64,000 nt of DNA from positions 33,160 to 97,159 of the forward strand of contig NZ_JACDNT010000002.1 in the NCBI RefSeq assembly GCF_017656475.1, written 5' to 3'. The notes under the pieces are model-generated. The model had not been told where the DNA came from. It did no database searches and worked only from the letters and a program-made list of their open reading frames with translations. A program made the translations under genes and the position numbers. This DNA is from Archaeoglobus sp. GTDB taxonomy: Archaea; Halobacteriota; Archaeoglobi; Archaeoglobales; Archaeoglobaceae. This document shows positions 48,594 through 58,446 of this stretch, piece by piece (within the stretch, counting starts at the first letter, position 1; each line of letters begins with the position of its first letter).

Positions 48594-49742
48594 ATGCGCC
48601 TTCACGAGCATCAGGCCAAGCAAATTTTCGCAAAGCATGGAATAGGGATTCCAAGAGGTGAGGTGGCAACCACTCCTGAGGAGGTAGAGAAAATTGCAGA
48701 AAAGCTCGGAGGGAAGGTGGTTGTAAAAGCACAGGTTCTCGTGGGAGGGAGAGGGAAGGCTGGAGGCGTTAAGAAAGCAAACAGTCCGAAAGAGGCGAGA
48801 GAGGTAGCGGAGAAGATTCTTGGGATGAGTATAAAGGGGCACAAGGTTGAGAAGGTTCTTGTGGAAGAGCAGCTCGAAATAAAGAAGGAATACTACGTTG
48901 GATACGTCGTTGACAAGGTAAACAGACTTCCGGCAGTGATTTTCAGTCGAATGGGAGGAATGGATGTTGAGGAAATTGCCGCAAAGCACCCAGATGAAAT
49001 ACACAGGATTTACTTTGACCCTCTCTGGGGGTTAAAGGACTACGAGGTTCGTAAAGCGCTGTTCAGGGCAGGTTTTAGTGGAGATGAGTACAAGCAGATG
49101 TTCGACATCATAAAAAAATTGGCTGAAATTGCCTTCACCTATGAGGCAGAGCTTACTGAAATTAACCCTCTTGCCGTGACGAGTGAGGGATTTCTGGCTG
49201 CTGATGCCCGACTGAACGTTGACGATAACGCCCTTTACAGACATCCGGAGCTTGCAGAGCTGAGAGAAGCGACGGAGGAAAATCCGCTTGAGAGGGAAGC
49301 GAGATTGAAGGGAATCAACTACGTTCACCTTGGAGGGAATGTGGGTGTTATTGCTAACGGTGCGGGCCTGGCAATGGCTACAATGGACATAATCAATCTG
49401 ATGGGAGGAAAGCCAGCAAACTTCCTCGACACTGGAGGAGGCTTGGCAGACCCTGAGAAGATGAAAAATTGCTTGCTGCACGTTCTTAAGGATCCGAATG
49501 TAAAGGTCGTTTTCATCAACATCTACGCCGAGATAACGAGATGCGAAAAGGTTGCCGAGGGAATAATTTTGGCACTGGATGAGGCTCAAAGAAAAGTTCC
49601 ACTCGTCGTGAAGCTTGCCGGCACGAATGAAGATATTGGAAGAGAAATGCTTGAGAGATACAGTTCGGAAAAGGGAGCTGAAATTTACTTTGTCGATTCG
49701 GTTGAGGAAGGTGCGAGAAAAGCTGTAGAGCTTGCGGGGTGA
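48594..49742 (+). CDS. sucC: Succinyl-CoA synthetase beta subunit
   Basis: 382 aa with [35 protein letters not shown] and [18 protein letters not shown]. Confidence 0.93.
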   Translation: MRLHEHQAKQIFAKHGIGIPRGEVATTPEEVEKIAEKLGGKVVVKAQVLVGGRGKAGGVKKANSPKEAREVAEKILGMSIKGHKVEKVLVEEQLEIKKEYYVGYVVDKVNRLPAVIFSRMGGMDVEEIAAKHPDEIHRIYFDPLWGLKDYEVRKALFRAGFSGDEYKQMFDIIKKLAEIAFTYEAELTEINPLAVTSEGFLAADARLNVDDNALYRHPELAELREATEENPLEREARLKGINYVHLGGNVGVIANGAGLAMATMDIINLMGGKPANFLDTGGGLADPEKMKNCLLHVLKDPNVKVVFINIYAEITRCEKVAEGIILALDEAQRKVPLVVKLAGTNEDIGREMLERYSSEKGAEIYFVDSVEEGARKAVELAG

Positions 49743-49747
49743 TGGAT

Positions 49748-50614
49748 ATGGCAATTCTTGTTGATGAGAACACTCGTGTTATTGTTCAGGGAATAACGGG
49801 ATTTCAGGGAAGTTTTCAGGCGAAGAGGATGCTTGATTATGGAACTAAGGTCGTAGGGGGAGTAACTCCCGGAAAAGGTGGTACTGAGGTGCACGGAGTG
49901 CCCGTCTTCAACACTGTAGAGGAGGCTGTTGCCGAAACGAATGCTGATACGTCAATCATCTATGTTCCCGCACGTTTTGCAACAGATGCCATATTTGAGG
50001 CATTCGATGCAGGATTGAGGCTGGTTGTGTGTGTGACTGAGGGCATACCGCTCTACGACGAGATGCTCATCCACAGGAAGCTGAGAGAAGTGAAATCAAT
50101 GCTCCTTGGCCCCAACTGTCCAGGAGTAATCAGCCCGGGGAAGTCAAAGGTTGGACTTCTGCCTGACAGAAGCTTCATGCCAGGCAATCTCGGTGTGGTT
50201 TCGAGAAGTGGAACGCTCACCTACCAGATTTGTGAGAATCTAACAAAAGCAGGAATTGGACAATCAACAGTGGTGGGTATTGGAGGAGACCCAATGCCGG
50301 GATTAACGTTTGTTGACGTTCTTAAAATGTTTGAAGAGGATGAAGAGACCAAGGCGGTGCTACTGGTCGGTGAAATTGGAGGGACAGCAGAAGAAAAGGC
50401 TGCAGAGTTCATAAAGCAAATGTCCAAGCCGGTAGTGGCGTTCATAGCGGGAAGGACAGCACCACCTGGAAAGAGGATGGGGCATGCTGGAGCGATAATC
50501 GAGGGCAATATGGGGACTGCAGAGGCAAAGATTGCTGCTCTCCGAGATGCAGGAGCGAGGGTTGCAGAGACCTTGCTTGATGTGGTGAAGGGGGTCAGAG
50601 GTGTGTTGGGCTGA
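49748..50614 (+). CDS. sucD: Succinyl-CoA synthetase alpha subunit
   Basis: [47 protein letters not shown] (phosphohistidine loop). GTG 49739 and ATG 49742 are alternative starts overlapping the sucC stop. Confidence 0.93.
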   Translation: MAILVDENTRVIVQGITGFQGSFQAKRMLDYGTKVVGGVTPGKGGTEVHGVPVFNTVEEAVAETNADTSIIYVPARFATDAIFEAFDAGLRLVVCVTEGIPLYDEMLIHRKLREVKSMLLGPNCPGVISPGKSKVGLLPDRSFMPGNLGVVSRSGTLTYQICENLTKAGIGQSTVVGIGGDPMPGLTFVDVLKMFEEDEETKAVLLVGEIGGTAEEKAAEFIKQMSKPVVAFIAGRTAPPGKRMGHAGAIIEGNMGTAEAKIAALRDAGARVAETLLDVVKGVRGVLG

Positions 50615-50791
50615 GTTTTGATGGCAAGTTGCAGTAAGTAAACCCAACTACAGACCGTACGCACAAAGTTGTAAACATTTGCCAGTGAAACCAATGCGCC
50701 TCCTGACAAAGACAGCAAAGATGCAATACTGCCCAAACTTAGCTCCCGATTAAGAGTAAGGTAAAGAGAGTTCAACCATTTATATAAAAAA

Positions 50792-52021
50792 TCAGGCCCC
50801 AAACTTCTTCGCAATGTTGAGCAAATCGAGGGCAATGTTGAGCAAATCCACACCTCTTATTCTGCACAGCCCTCCCTTATACGCTTCAAACTCGCTGAAA
50901 GTTCTGACTTCATCCCTTCTAACGTCCTCATGCACAATAACAACCGGAACTGGATCGGCAGTATGATCCTTGACTTTGATTGGCGTTGAGTGGTCTGCGG
51001 TGAGGATAAGACAGTGTTTGCTGAAGTCCAGATCAAGCAGTGGGGCAATTTTGGCGTCAAGCTTTTCTATGAAGGCCTTTTTCCCCTCGAAGTCTCCATC
51101 GTGCCCAAGCTCATCGGTTGCTTTAATGTGGAGCAACACTATATCGTAGCTTTCCAGAGCCTTTACTGCCGTTTCGACCTTTGAATCGAGGTTCGTGTTC
51201 TTGTTTCCCGTTGCCCCCTCAGGTGTAATTACGTCAGCACCAACAATTTTTCCAACGCCCTTGATGAGAGCTGTTGCGGCAATTACGCATAGCTTTAAGC
51301 CGGTCTTTTCCTCAAATCTCGGTACGTGAGGCATCTCTCCAGCCCCTCTCAGAAGTAAAGCGTTTGCCTTCAGCAATCCCTTCTCAGCCCTCTCCTTGTT
51401 CAGCGGGTGGTTCTCAAGAACCTCATGAACCTGCTGCATGAACTCGTTGACCATCTCGGCCATTCTCTTGGCCTTCTCATCTTCTTCAAGCGGAACGCAG
51501 CGCTTTACTTTCTTCCCAACGGCCTTCGGATCGGTATCGCTCACCTTATCTGAAAGCCCCTCTCCCCTGAAGACCACCGCCGCTCTGTGGCCTGTACCTC
51601 TCTCAATAAGAAACTCAACAGGCAGCTTAACTTTCTCCTTTATCGCCTCGATTAAGGCTGAAGTGTCCTCAATCCTTCCCGCTCTCCTGTCAACGACAGT
51701 CTTGTCGAATATGCTCCCCTCTCCCTCAACTGTGGCAAAGTTGGCCCTGAAGGCCACATCTCCCGGCTTCACCTCTATCCCCACTCCGGCAGCCTCAATT
51801 GGCCCCCTGCCGCTATAGTACTTGTAAGGGTCGTAGCCGAGCAGAGCGAGATGACTGGTATCACTCCCAGGCCTTATTCCGGGAGCTATGGTGTCCATGA
51901 TTCCGTTTATTCCCCTTTCTGCAAGAAAATCAAGGTTCGGCTTTCTTGCTTCACTCAGAGGAGTTTTTCCGTTAACAGGCCTGTCAGAAAGACCGTCAAC
52001 CACTACGAGCAGTACTGCCAT
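50792..52021 (-). CDS. apgM: 2,3-bisphosphoglycerate-independent phosphoglycerate mutase (archaeal ApgM type)
   Basis: 409 aa with VVDGLSDRP, GSDTSHLALLGYDP, HIKATDELGHDGD and LTADHSTP. Confidence 0.9.
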   Translation of the reverse strand: MAVLLVVVDGLSDRPVNGKTPLSEARKPNLDFLAERGINGIMDTIAPGIRPGSDTSHLALLGYDPYKYYSGRGPIEAAGVGIEVKPGDVAFRANFATVEGEGSIFDKTVVDRRAGRIEDTSALIEAIKEKVKLPVEFLIERGTGHRAAVVFRGEGLSDKVSDTDPKAVGKKVKRCVPLEEDEKAKRMAEMVNEFMQQVHEVLENHPLNKERAEKGLLKANALLLRGAGEMPHVPRFEEKTGLKLCVIAATALIKGVGKIVGADVITPEGATGNKNTNLDSKVETAVKALESYDIVLLHIKATDELGHDGDFEGKKAFIEKLDAKIAPLLDLDFSKHCLILTADHSTPIKVKDHTADPVPVVIVHEDVRRDEVRTFSEFEAYKGGLCRIRGVDLLNIALDLLNIAKKFGA

Positions 52022-52032
52022 TCAATCCCTCC

Positions 52033-53493
52033 TCAGCAGCTTTTTAAGTTTGCATCCCTGATTTGAACGTATCTGCTATAAATCTCCTCGTACTCTTCTG
52101 TTCCATCCTTTGAGGGTTCCACTTCAGCAAAATCAGGAAGGAAAGTTTTAAGCGCATCACCAATACCACTGAAGTTATCGCTGCCCGAAGCTGCAAGTAT
52201 CGCCGCCCCCCTCGCAGTAGCTTCGACATCTGATGAGACCAAGCACTTTCTTTTGGTGACATCGGCAAAAATCCGGTTCCAGAGTTTGCTGTTTGCCGCA
52301 CCTCCATCAAGCCTGAGTTCATCAATCTTTATCCCCTTCTTCTCCATCACCTCTATGTTCGTTCTGACCTCAAACGCAACTGACTCCATCACAGCCCTTG
52401 CAATGTCTCCCCTGTTGTGTGCTAATGTAAGGCCAAATATTGCCCCCTTAACTTCAGAATTCCAGTGAGGACATCCAGCGCCTGAAAAGAAAGGCAGTAT
52501 AAAGATGCCTCTCGCCCCTCTACCCGACTTTTCCGCCTCCTCGTTTATAACATCGTAACCTTCGCCGTGATAGAATGCCCTTTTAACCCATGAAAGAAGG
52601 CTGCCAGTTGTGAATATGCTCACCTCCCCCACATTTACATCCGGTAAAACGTGGGCAGAGTAGATTATCTCTCCGTAATCTCTTATCCTCTCAACAGGGG
52701 CGACCATGAAAGTCCCAGTCCCGGTAGTGGACTTCACACTCCCCTCATCAACAACTCCCTGGGCAAGGGCGGAGCACTGCTGATCCCCACCACCAGCAAC
52801 AACGACAGGGTTTGAGCTGATTCCAAGCTTTTCGGCAACGTTTCCCCTAATCTCCCCCACAACATCTCCCGAATTGACGAGGTCAGGCATCAGAGATATG
52901 TCGAAGTTAAACTCCTCGGCAATCTCATCGCACCACTTTCGCGAGTACAGATCGAGCAGCATCGTTCTTGAAGCATTTGAGTAGTCCGTCACAACCTCCC
53001 CGGTGAGCTTGTAGACGATGTAGTCGTGGACGAGCATGAGTTTCCAGCTTTTTTCTATCACATCCGTGTGCCTTATCCACCAGAGGATTTTGGGCAGAGA
53101 GAAGTATGGGTCTGGCTTCAATCCTGTTACCTCTGCAACTCTCTTCTCCCCTATCCTATCCTTTATCAGGTTGACTTCCTCCCCGCACCTCCTATCCTGC
53201 CAGACTATCGCCCTGCTGACAGGCTCTCCATCTCTCCCTACAGGAACGATGGTTTCCCTCTGGTTCGCAACAGCGATGGCTGCGATGGTGTCAGTGGCTT
53301 TTGCGATCTTCACCGCCTGTCTGCAGGCATCCACGATGCTGTTCCACCAGTGCTCGGCATCCTGCTCAACCCATCCGGGCTGGGGATAGTATGTTTCAAA
53401 TTCAGAATAGCTTTTGGCAACGAGGTTTCCATTTTCGTCATAAACCCCAACCGTCACACCTGTCGTTCCAGCATCAACGCCGAGGATGTGCAC
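52033..53493 (-). CDS. FGGY-family carbohydrate kinase (glycerol kinase/xylulokinase-like)
   Basis: GTG 53493 overlaps the upstream TAG by 1 nt, with GAGGAGGTGA upstream. It gives (M)HILGVDAGTTG..YPQPGWVEQDAEHWW..GGGDQQC..DGGAANS. Confidence 0.8.
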   Translation of the reverse strand: MHILGVDAGTTGVTVGVYDENGNLVAKSYSEFETYYPQPGWVEQDAEHWWNSIVDACRQAVKIAKATDTIAAIAVANQRETIVPVGRDGEPVSRAIVWQDRRCGEEVNLIKDRIGEKRVAEVTGLKPDPYFSLPKILWWIRHTDVIEKSWKLMLVHDYIVYKLTGEVVTDYSNASRTMLLDLYSRKWCDEIAEEFNFDISLMPDLVNSGDVVGEIRGNVAEKLGISSNPVVVAGGGDQQCSALAQGVVDEGSVKSTTGTGTFMVAPVERIRDYGEIIYSAHVLPDVNVGEVSIFTTGSLLSWVKRAFYHGEGYDVINEEAEKSGRGARGIFILPFFSGAGCPHWNSEVKGAIFGLTLAHNRGDIARAVMESVAFEVRTNIEVMEKKGIKIDELRLDGGAANSKLWNRIFADVTKRKCLVSSDVEATARGAAILAASGSDNFSGIGDALKTFLPDFAEVEPSKDGTEEYEEIYSRYVQIRDANLKSC

Positions 53494-54293
53494 TAAATCA
53501 CCTCCTCTATCCACCCCAGCATGTCAGCAAGTACTCTATCCTTTTCAGGCTCATTGTGGGGCTCGTGGTAAAAGCCCTCGTAGCTGATAAACTTGCAGAG
53601 CTTTCCACCCCTCCTCGCGAATTCCCTGCTCGCTTCATAAGAGGTGATCTGGTCAGCGGTCCCGTGTATGAGCAAAATCGGCTTTTTCAGTTTTTCAGCA
53701 TTCTCCAATGCCCACTTGCCCGCCTCAAGTGACTGCAGAATAAACCTCGGAGAGATTTTGTCGTGAACGAGAGGGTCTGAAACGTATTTCCTGACAACCT
53801 CTTTGTCTCTGCTTATCAGTTCGGGATTTATTCCGTTTGAAAGCTGAATTGAGGGACCTATTGCATTCAGAATTTTCAGAACGAAGTAGAGGATTTTTGG
53901 CAACTCTTTGGGAAGGGCCAAGAAGGGAGCAGAAATTATACCTCCCGTAACATCAGCATCTCTCCTGAGAAGGAAGTTCAGAGCGAGATTCCCACCCATG
54001 CTGTGCCCGTAGAGTATTTTCGGGCAGTCGTAATCACAGCTTTGGAGAAAAAGCTCGATATCGTCCATAAGCTTCTCGTACTCAGCATGTCCCCTCTTTC
54101 CCTCCGACCTTCCGTGTCCTCTGAGGTCAAAGGCTGCAAAAGATATGCCGTTCTCGTTGAAGAATTCAGCAACGTGCTCATACCTTCCAGAGTGCTCACC
54201 AAGACCGTGCACAAGGCAGATGGCGGCTTTTGGTGATTCAACATCCCAACTTCGGGTGAAAAGCGTAAGTCCGTCTTTTGTTTTTAGAGTCAT
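53493..54293 (-). CDS. Alpha/beta hydrolase (lysophospholipase/monoacylglycerol lipase-like)
   Basis: ATG 54293 gives MTLKTKDGLTLFTRSW. Also present: LVHGLGEHSGRY, the nucleophile elbow GHSMGG, and C-terminal HEPHNE. The track start at 54332 is less likely. Confidence 0.8.
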   Translation of the reverse strand: MTLKTKDGLTLFTRSWDVESPKAAICLVHGLGEHSGRYEHVAEFFNENGISFAAFDLRGHGRSEGKRGHAEYEKLMDDIELFLQSCDYDCPKILYGHSMGGNLALNFLLRRDADVTGGIISAPFLALPKELPKILYFVLKILNAIGPSIQLSNGINPELISRDKEVVRKYVSDPLVHDKISPRFILQSLEAGKWALENAEKLKKPILLIHGTADQITSYEASREFARRGGKLCKFISYEGFYHEPHNEPEKDRVLADMLGWIEEVI

Positions 54294-54332
54294 GGTGATA
54301 TTTAACGTATAAAAGATTAAAGTTTTTCGCAC

Positions 54333-54632
54333 TCACACTGCAAGCCTGAGGAGATAGTAAGAGATAATGGCAGCGATGATGGATATGCCGAAGTTTTTCC
54401 AGCGGTTGAAGGTCAGGATGAGGGGAATGAGGGCTAATACCCTTAAACCCATCTCTCCCGCATTGGTAGTGAAGATGGAAGTTACAAAGAGAGCTGAGAT
54501 GGCCGAAGTGGAGGAAAGGGAAAGGAAGTTCTTCATTCTTTTAGAAGTACTGAATTTGAACTTCAAAGGTAGAAATCTGGAAAGATACGTCCCGATGGCT
54601 ACAGCAACAATTGCTACAACCTTTTCATTCAT
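54333..54632 (-). CDS. azlD: AzlD-like small membrane protein
   Basis: 99 aa with 3-4 TM helices. It overlaps the AzlC-like gene by 8 nt, the usual azlCD arrangement. Confidence 0.7.
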   Translation of the reverse strand: MNEKVVAIVAVAIGTYLSRFLPLKFKFSTSKRMKNFLSLSSTSAISALFVTSIFTTNAGEMGLRVLALIPLILTFNRWKNFGISIIAAIISYYLLRLAV

Positions 54633-55260
54633 CCTCCCACCCCGAAAGTAGCGGACCTGTAAGAGCAGCAGCTATTATTCCAGCAGCAGTTAAATTTAGA
54701 AGGTGGAAAGCTAAGGCAACAGCTCCCCCGCTCAACGCGGCTTTTATGTGCCTGCCTTTCAGGTTCGGAAGGAGCAGGACGAGAAATAAAGCAGAGACGG
54801 AGAAAACGAGCGCGGAGTAAATGTTCTCATCCAAAATAAGTGCACCACCAACAAAAGCGCCCAGTGCTGTCCCGGCAACCCATGCTGAGTAGGAACCAAG
54901 CTCGAGCCCCAAGAGAAATCTCTCGTTTTCAGCCGAGTTTACTGAGACTGCAAAAACTTCATCGGTCAGACCAAAGGCCGAAACTTGAGGAAGCTTCAAT
55001 TTAAGCTTATGAGCGATTATTGAGCTATATATAAGGTGTCGAAGGTTGATGAAAATCGGGATAAAGATAGCACTGAATATTGTCTGGTTGTAAAGAGTGA
55101 CCAGGGCAAACTGGCTCGCTCCCGCGAATATCAGCATTGATGCCAACAGTGCTTCCACATCAGAAAAGCCGAGAGTTCTGGCCAGCACACCGAAGGTGAA
55201 GGCGACCGGGATGTAGGCCAAGATTATGGGGGAGCTGTAAATCAATCCCTTTCGGAACAT
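54625..55260 (-). CDS. azlC: AzlC-family branched-chain amino acid/azaleucine exporter subunit
   Basis: ATG 55260 gives MFRKGLIYSSPIILAYIPVAFTFGVLA..FAGASQFA. The protein is polytopic. Confidence 0.8.
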   Translation of the reverse strand: MFRKGLIYSSPIILAYIPVAFTFGVLARTLGFSDVEALLASMLIFAGASQFALVTLYNQTIFSAIFIPIFINLRHLIYSSIIAHKLKLKLPQVSAFGLTDEVFAVSVNSAENERFLLGLELGSYSAWVAGTALGAFVGGALILDENIYSALVFSVSALFLVLLLPNLKGRHIKAALSGGAVALAFHLLNLTAAGIIAAALTGPLLSGWEDE

Positions 55261-55397
55261 AGTGGTTTTGGGCTGGAAAGTATAAAGCCATTTTCGGTTG
55301 GCAGATTTTAAGAATGCAAAGCTTAATGGAAACCAGACGTTCAGCAGTTTGTATGGAAAACATAAAAATTTATTAATTACATCGTTTACGGGCAATC

Positions 55398-56759
55398 GTG
55401 AAGGACGTGCTCATTGTTGGCGCTGGTGTTACTGGTAGCTTTATAGCCAAAGAGTTATCCAAATACGACCTCGATGTTGTGGTTGTCGAGAGGAAATCAG
55501 GGCCGGGTTTGGACCAGACCAAAGGCTGTTCTGGAATCATCCACCCACTCCAGCTCCCGTTTGGGTCTTTGAAGAGCAAGCTCTGCCTTAAAGGCAACGC
55601 AATGATGGACGCTGAGGCTGAGGAACTTGGTTTCACCTTTAAAAGGGTTGGGTTAATTCTGGTGGCAACGAACGTTATTACTTTCCTTGCAATTCCTATC
55701 ATTCAGCTTTATTTCAGGCTAAACGGTGTTGTTTCGAAAAGACTGAGCAAGAAGAAAGTTCTTGAAATGGTTCCGAATGTGAGAGAGGATATATGGGGTG
55801 GGCTTTTCCTTCCAACAGCTGGTGTCGTAAATCCGGTTGAGATGACGGCCTCAGCAATAAGGTTTGCAAAAGCAAATGGCGTGGAAGTTCACTACGACTG
55901 CGAGGTTACGGGAATTGAGAGAAAGGGCGAAGGATTTGTTGTCAAGACGACTAAGGGGGATTTTGAAGCCAGGTGCGTTATAAACTGTGCAGGGCTTTAC
56001 GCTGACGATATAGCGAGGATGGTTGGTTACGAAATGACCATAACTCCGGGAAAAGGTACGCACATAGTTTTCGCTGAAAGGGGATTCTCCAACCACCTGA
56101 CAGTTGCAATACCCCTCAAGCCAAACAAGAGGACGAAGGGGGGCGGGGCACTCATTGGCTTTGACGGCAAGCCGCTCTGGGGGCCCAACTTGATTGATGT
56201 TGACAGCAAGGAGGACACTTCAGTGAAAAAGGAGGAGATAGAGGGCATAATCGAGAAGTTCTCACCTTTGTTCAAGAGGAGGCCAGAGGGTGTTGTTGCG
56301 TTCTACGCGGGCTTGAGGTCTATTGCCGGCACAGATTTTGTCATCAATCAACCGGTGGATGGCTTTATCAACGTCGCAGGCATACAGAGCCCTGGTCTGA
56401 CCGCTGCTCCGGCAATTGCAAAGATGGTAATTGAGATGCTCTCCTCCAGATTTGAGATGAAGAGGAAAGAAGACATCAAGAGGCCTCGGTGGACAAGGCT
56501 TTCAGAGATGGATGACGAAAGGATTAGGAAGGCAATTGATGAGAATGAGGACTTCGGAGAGATCGTCTGCCTCTGCAACATGGTGAGCAAGGCTGAAATC
56601 ATTAAAGCACTGGAAGAAGGTGGCTGTTTTGACACCGTAAGACACCTCACGTGGGCAGGAATGGACTGCTGCAAGTGTCATGCGGAGATAATGAGGATAA
56701 TAGAGGAGAAGAGTGGGAAGGTAAAGAAGGAGATAGAGGAGAGTGAAATCGTATGGTAG
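55398..56759 (+). CDS. FAD-dependent glycerol-3-phosphate dehydrogenase-like oxidoreductase with C-terminal BFD-like [2Fe-2S] domain
   Basis: GTG start, (M)KDVLIVGAGVTGSFIAKEL (the FAD GxGxxG motif), DAO-family length. The C-terminal CLCNMVSKAEI...CCKCH is a BFD-type cluster motif. TATA-like aaaatttattaatta lies about 20-30 nt upstream. Confidence 0.8.
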   Translation: MKDVLIVGAGVTGSFIAKELSKYDLDVVVVERKSGPGLDQTKGCSGIIHPLQLPFGSLKSKLCLKGNAMMDAEAEELGFTFKRVGLILVATNVITFLAIPIIQLYFRLNGVVSKRLSKKKVLEMVPNVREDIWGGLFLPTAGVVNPVEMTASAIRFAKANGVEVHYDCEVTGIERKGEGFVVKTTKGDFEARCVINCAGLYADDIARMVGYEMTITPGKGTHIVFAERGFSNHLTVAIPLKPNKRTKGGGALIGFDGKPLWGPNLIDVDSKEDTSVKKEEIEGIIEKFSPLFKRRPEGVVAFYAGLRSIAGTDFVINQPVDGFINVAGIQSPGLTAAPAIAKMVIEMLSSRFEMKRKEDIKRPRWTRLSEMDDERIRKAIDENEDFGEIVCLCNMVSKAEIIKALEEGGCFDTVRHLTWAGMDCCKCHAEIMRIIEEKSGKVKKEIEESEIVW

Positions 56760-57454
56760 TCGTTGTCGGTGCAGGATACGCAGGAATCTCAGTGGCTGAG
56801 AAGCTAAGGGAAAAGGGTGTTGAAGCCAAAGTTTACGACATGCGAGGAAAAGGAGGAGAGCTTGCCGAATTTGCAAAAATAGATGAGTTGAAAGAATACT
56901 ACGCTAAATATATTGAAAAAGTAGATGAAAGCGAAGTGGAGGTCATTAAGGGATGTGTTGTTTCAACAAACCCGTTCAAGGTAATATCTCCGCAGGGATT
57001 GGAGGTTAAAAAGGAGGATGGTTTCTTTATTTGCACAGGTGCTGTCGATTTAACTCCTGCCGCTTCAGAGATTTACGGAAAAAGAGTTGCGGGGATATAC
57101 ACTCTTGAAACTGCCATAAGGCTGCTTGCAATGGGAAAAAGAATCGGCAACAAGGTTTTAGTTGTTGCGAGAAAGGAAGAGGACATTTTAAAGCCGCTTG
57201 AGAGGTATCTTGTCGAGAAAGATTTTGAAGTGGAAGTTCTGTTGTCAAAAGAGCCGGCAGAGGTTTACGGTAGCAGAAGGGTTGAGAGAGTTGAGATTGG
57301 TGGGGAGAGCGTTTCCTGTGACGCTCTCGTAGTTTACGGAGGAAGGATACCCTTCAACCCCAAAAACCTGAAGGGCAAGCTGGCTGGAAATGTTGTTGAG
57401 TGTACCTACGATTACGAAAAAGTGGAGAAAAACGTTCAGAGTATTATGTTCTGA
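56753..57454 (+). CDS. Small FAD/NAD(P)-binding oxidoreductase subunit-like protein
   Basis: 233 aa with MVVVVGAGYAGISVAEKL (GxGxxG). It overlaps the upstream dehydrogenase by 7 nt. It is short for a pyridine-nucleotide-disulfide oxidoreductase. Confidence 0.6.
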   Translation: MVVVVGAGYAGISVAEKLREKGVEAKVYDMRGKGGELAEFAKIDELKEYYAKYIEKVDESEVEVIKGCVVSTNPFKVISPQGLEVKKEDGFFICTGAVDLTPAASEIYGKRVAGIYTLETAIRLLAMGKRIGNKVLVVARKEEDILKPLERYLVEKDFEVEVLLSKEPAEVYGSRRVERVEIGGESVSCDALVVYGGRIPFNPKNLKGKLAGNVVECTYDYEKVEKNVQSIMF

Positions 57455-58446
57455 GCATAACCGCAGTTGGGGCACTTTGGTGGTTCATCTTTAACGAGAT
57501 TGATGTTGTAAACGTAGAATCCCTCCCTTTCAATCAGCAGCTCTCCGCAGTTGGGGCAGTAGGTGTTCTCGTATCTGTGCCCCCACACGTTTCCGGCATA
57601 TACGTACTCTATCCCCTCCTTCTTGGCAATCTCAATAGCCTCTTCTATTGTCTCCACAGGTGTTGGTGGTTTGTCGAGCATCTTGTAGTCCGGATGGAAG
57701 CGGGAGAAGTGGACTGGAATTTTTGGCGAAAGCTCTGCAACCCACCTGCAAAACTCTCTTATTTCTCCCCTGTCGTCATTCTCTCCCGGAATGATGAGAT
57801 AAGTAAGCTCGATGAAAACACCCTTTCGGTAAAGGTACTCTACGGTTTCAAGCACGTGTTCGAGCTTTGCGTGGCAAATTCTCCTGTAAAAATCCTCCCT
57901 GAATGCCTTAACGTCAACATTCGCAGCATCAAGTATTCCCTCAAACTGGTCAACGGCTTCCGGAGTCATGTAGCCGTTGGTGACGTAGACAACATAGTAT
58001 CCAGACTCCTTTACAAGTTTTGAGCTGTCAAGGGCAAATTCATGCCAGATGGCTGGCTCGTTGTACGTCCAGGCAACACCATCAGCTTTTCTTTCTATAC
58101 ACATCCTTAAAACCGTGTCAGGCTCAATCTCTCTCAAGTACGGGTAGTTGAGGTCGGCAAAGGCTATCTCAAAATTCTGACAGTGCTTGCAGCGGAAGTT
58201 ACAGCTCACACTGCCGAAAGATAGAACCTTGCTTCCGGGCTTGAAGTTGTTCAGCGGCTTCTTCTCGATGGGGTCGAGGGCAATGGATGAAGCCATTCCG
58301 TAGTTCAGCACGAGGAGCTCTCCACCCTCGTTCTTCCTGACTCTGCAAATTCCAGTCTTGCCTTCTTTTATTACGCAGCGATGCCAGCAAGTCTTGCACC
58401 TAACCTCTCCGTTAAGTTTCTCGTATAAGTAAGACCTCACTATCAT
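57436..58446 (-). CDS. AmmeMemoRadiSam-system-type radical SAM enzyme (PflA-like activase family)
   Basis: 336 aa. N-terminal Cys motif: CKTCWHRCVIKEGKTGIC. Radical SAM motif: CNFRCKHCQN. C-terminal zinc ribbon: CPNCGELL...CPNCG. Confidence 0.8.
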   Translation of the reverse strand: MIVRSYLYEKLNGEVRCKTCWHRCVIKEGKTGICRVRKNEGGELLVLNYGMASSIALDPIEKKPLNNFKPGSKVLSFGSVSCNFRCKHCQNFEIAFADLNYPYLREIEPDTVLRMCIERKADGVAWTYNEPAIWHEFALDSSKLVKESGYYVVYVTNGYMTPEAVDQFEGILDAANVDVKAFREDFYRRICHAKLEHVLETVEYLYRKGVFIELTYLIIPGENDDRGEIREFCRWVAELSPKIPVHFSRFHPDYKMLDKPPTPVETIEEAIEIAKKEGIEYVYAGNVWGHRYENTYCPNCGELLIEREGFYVYNINLVKDEPPKCPNCGYAQNIIL

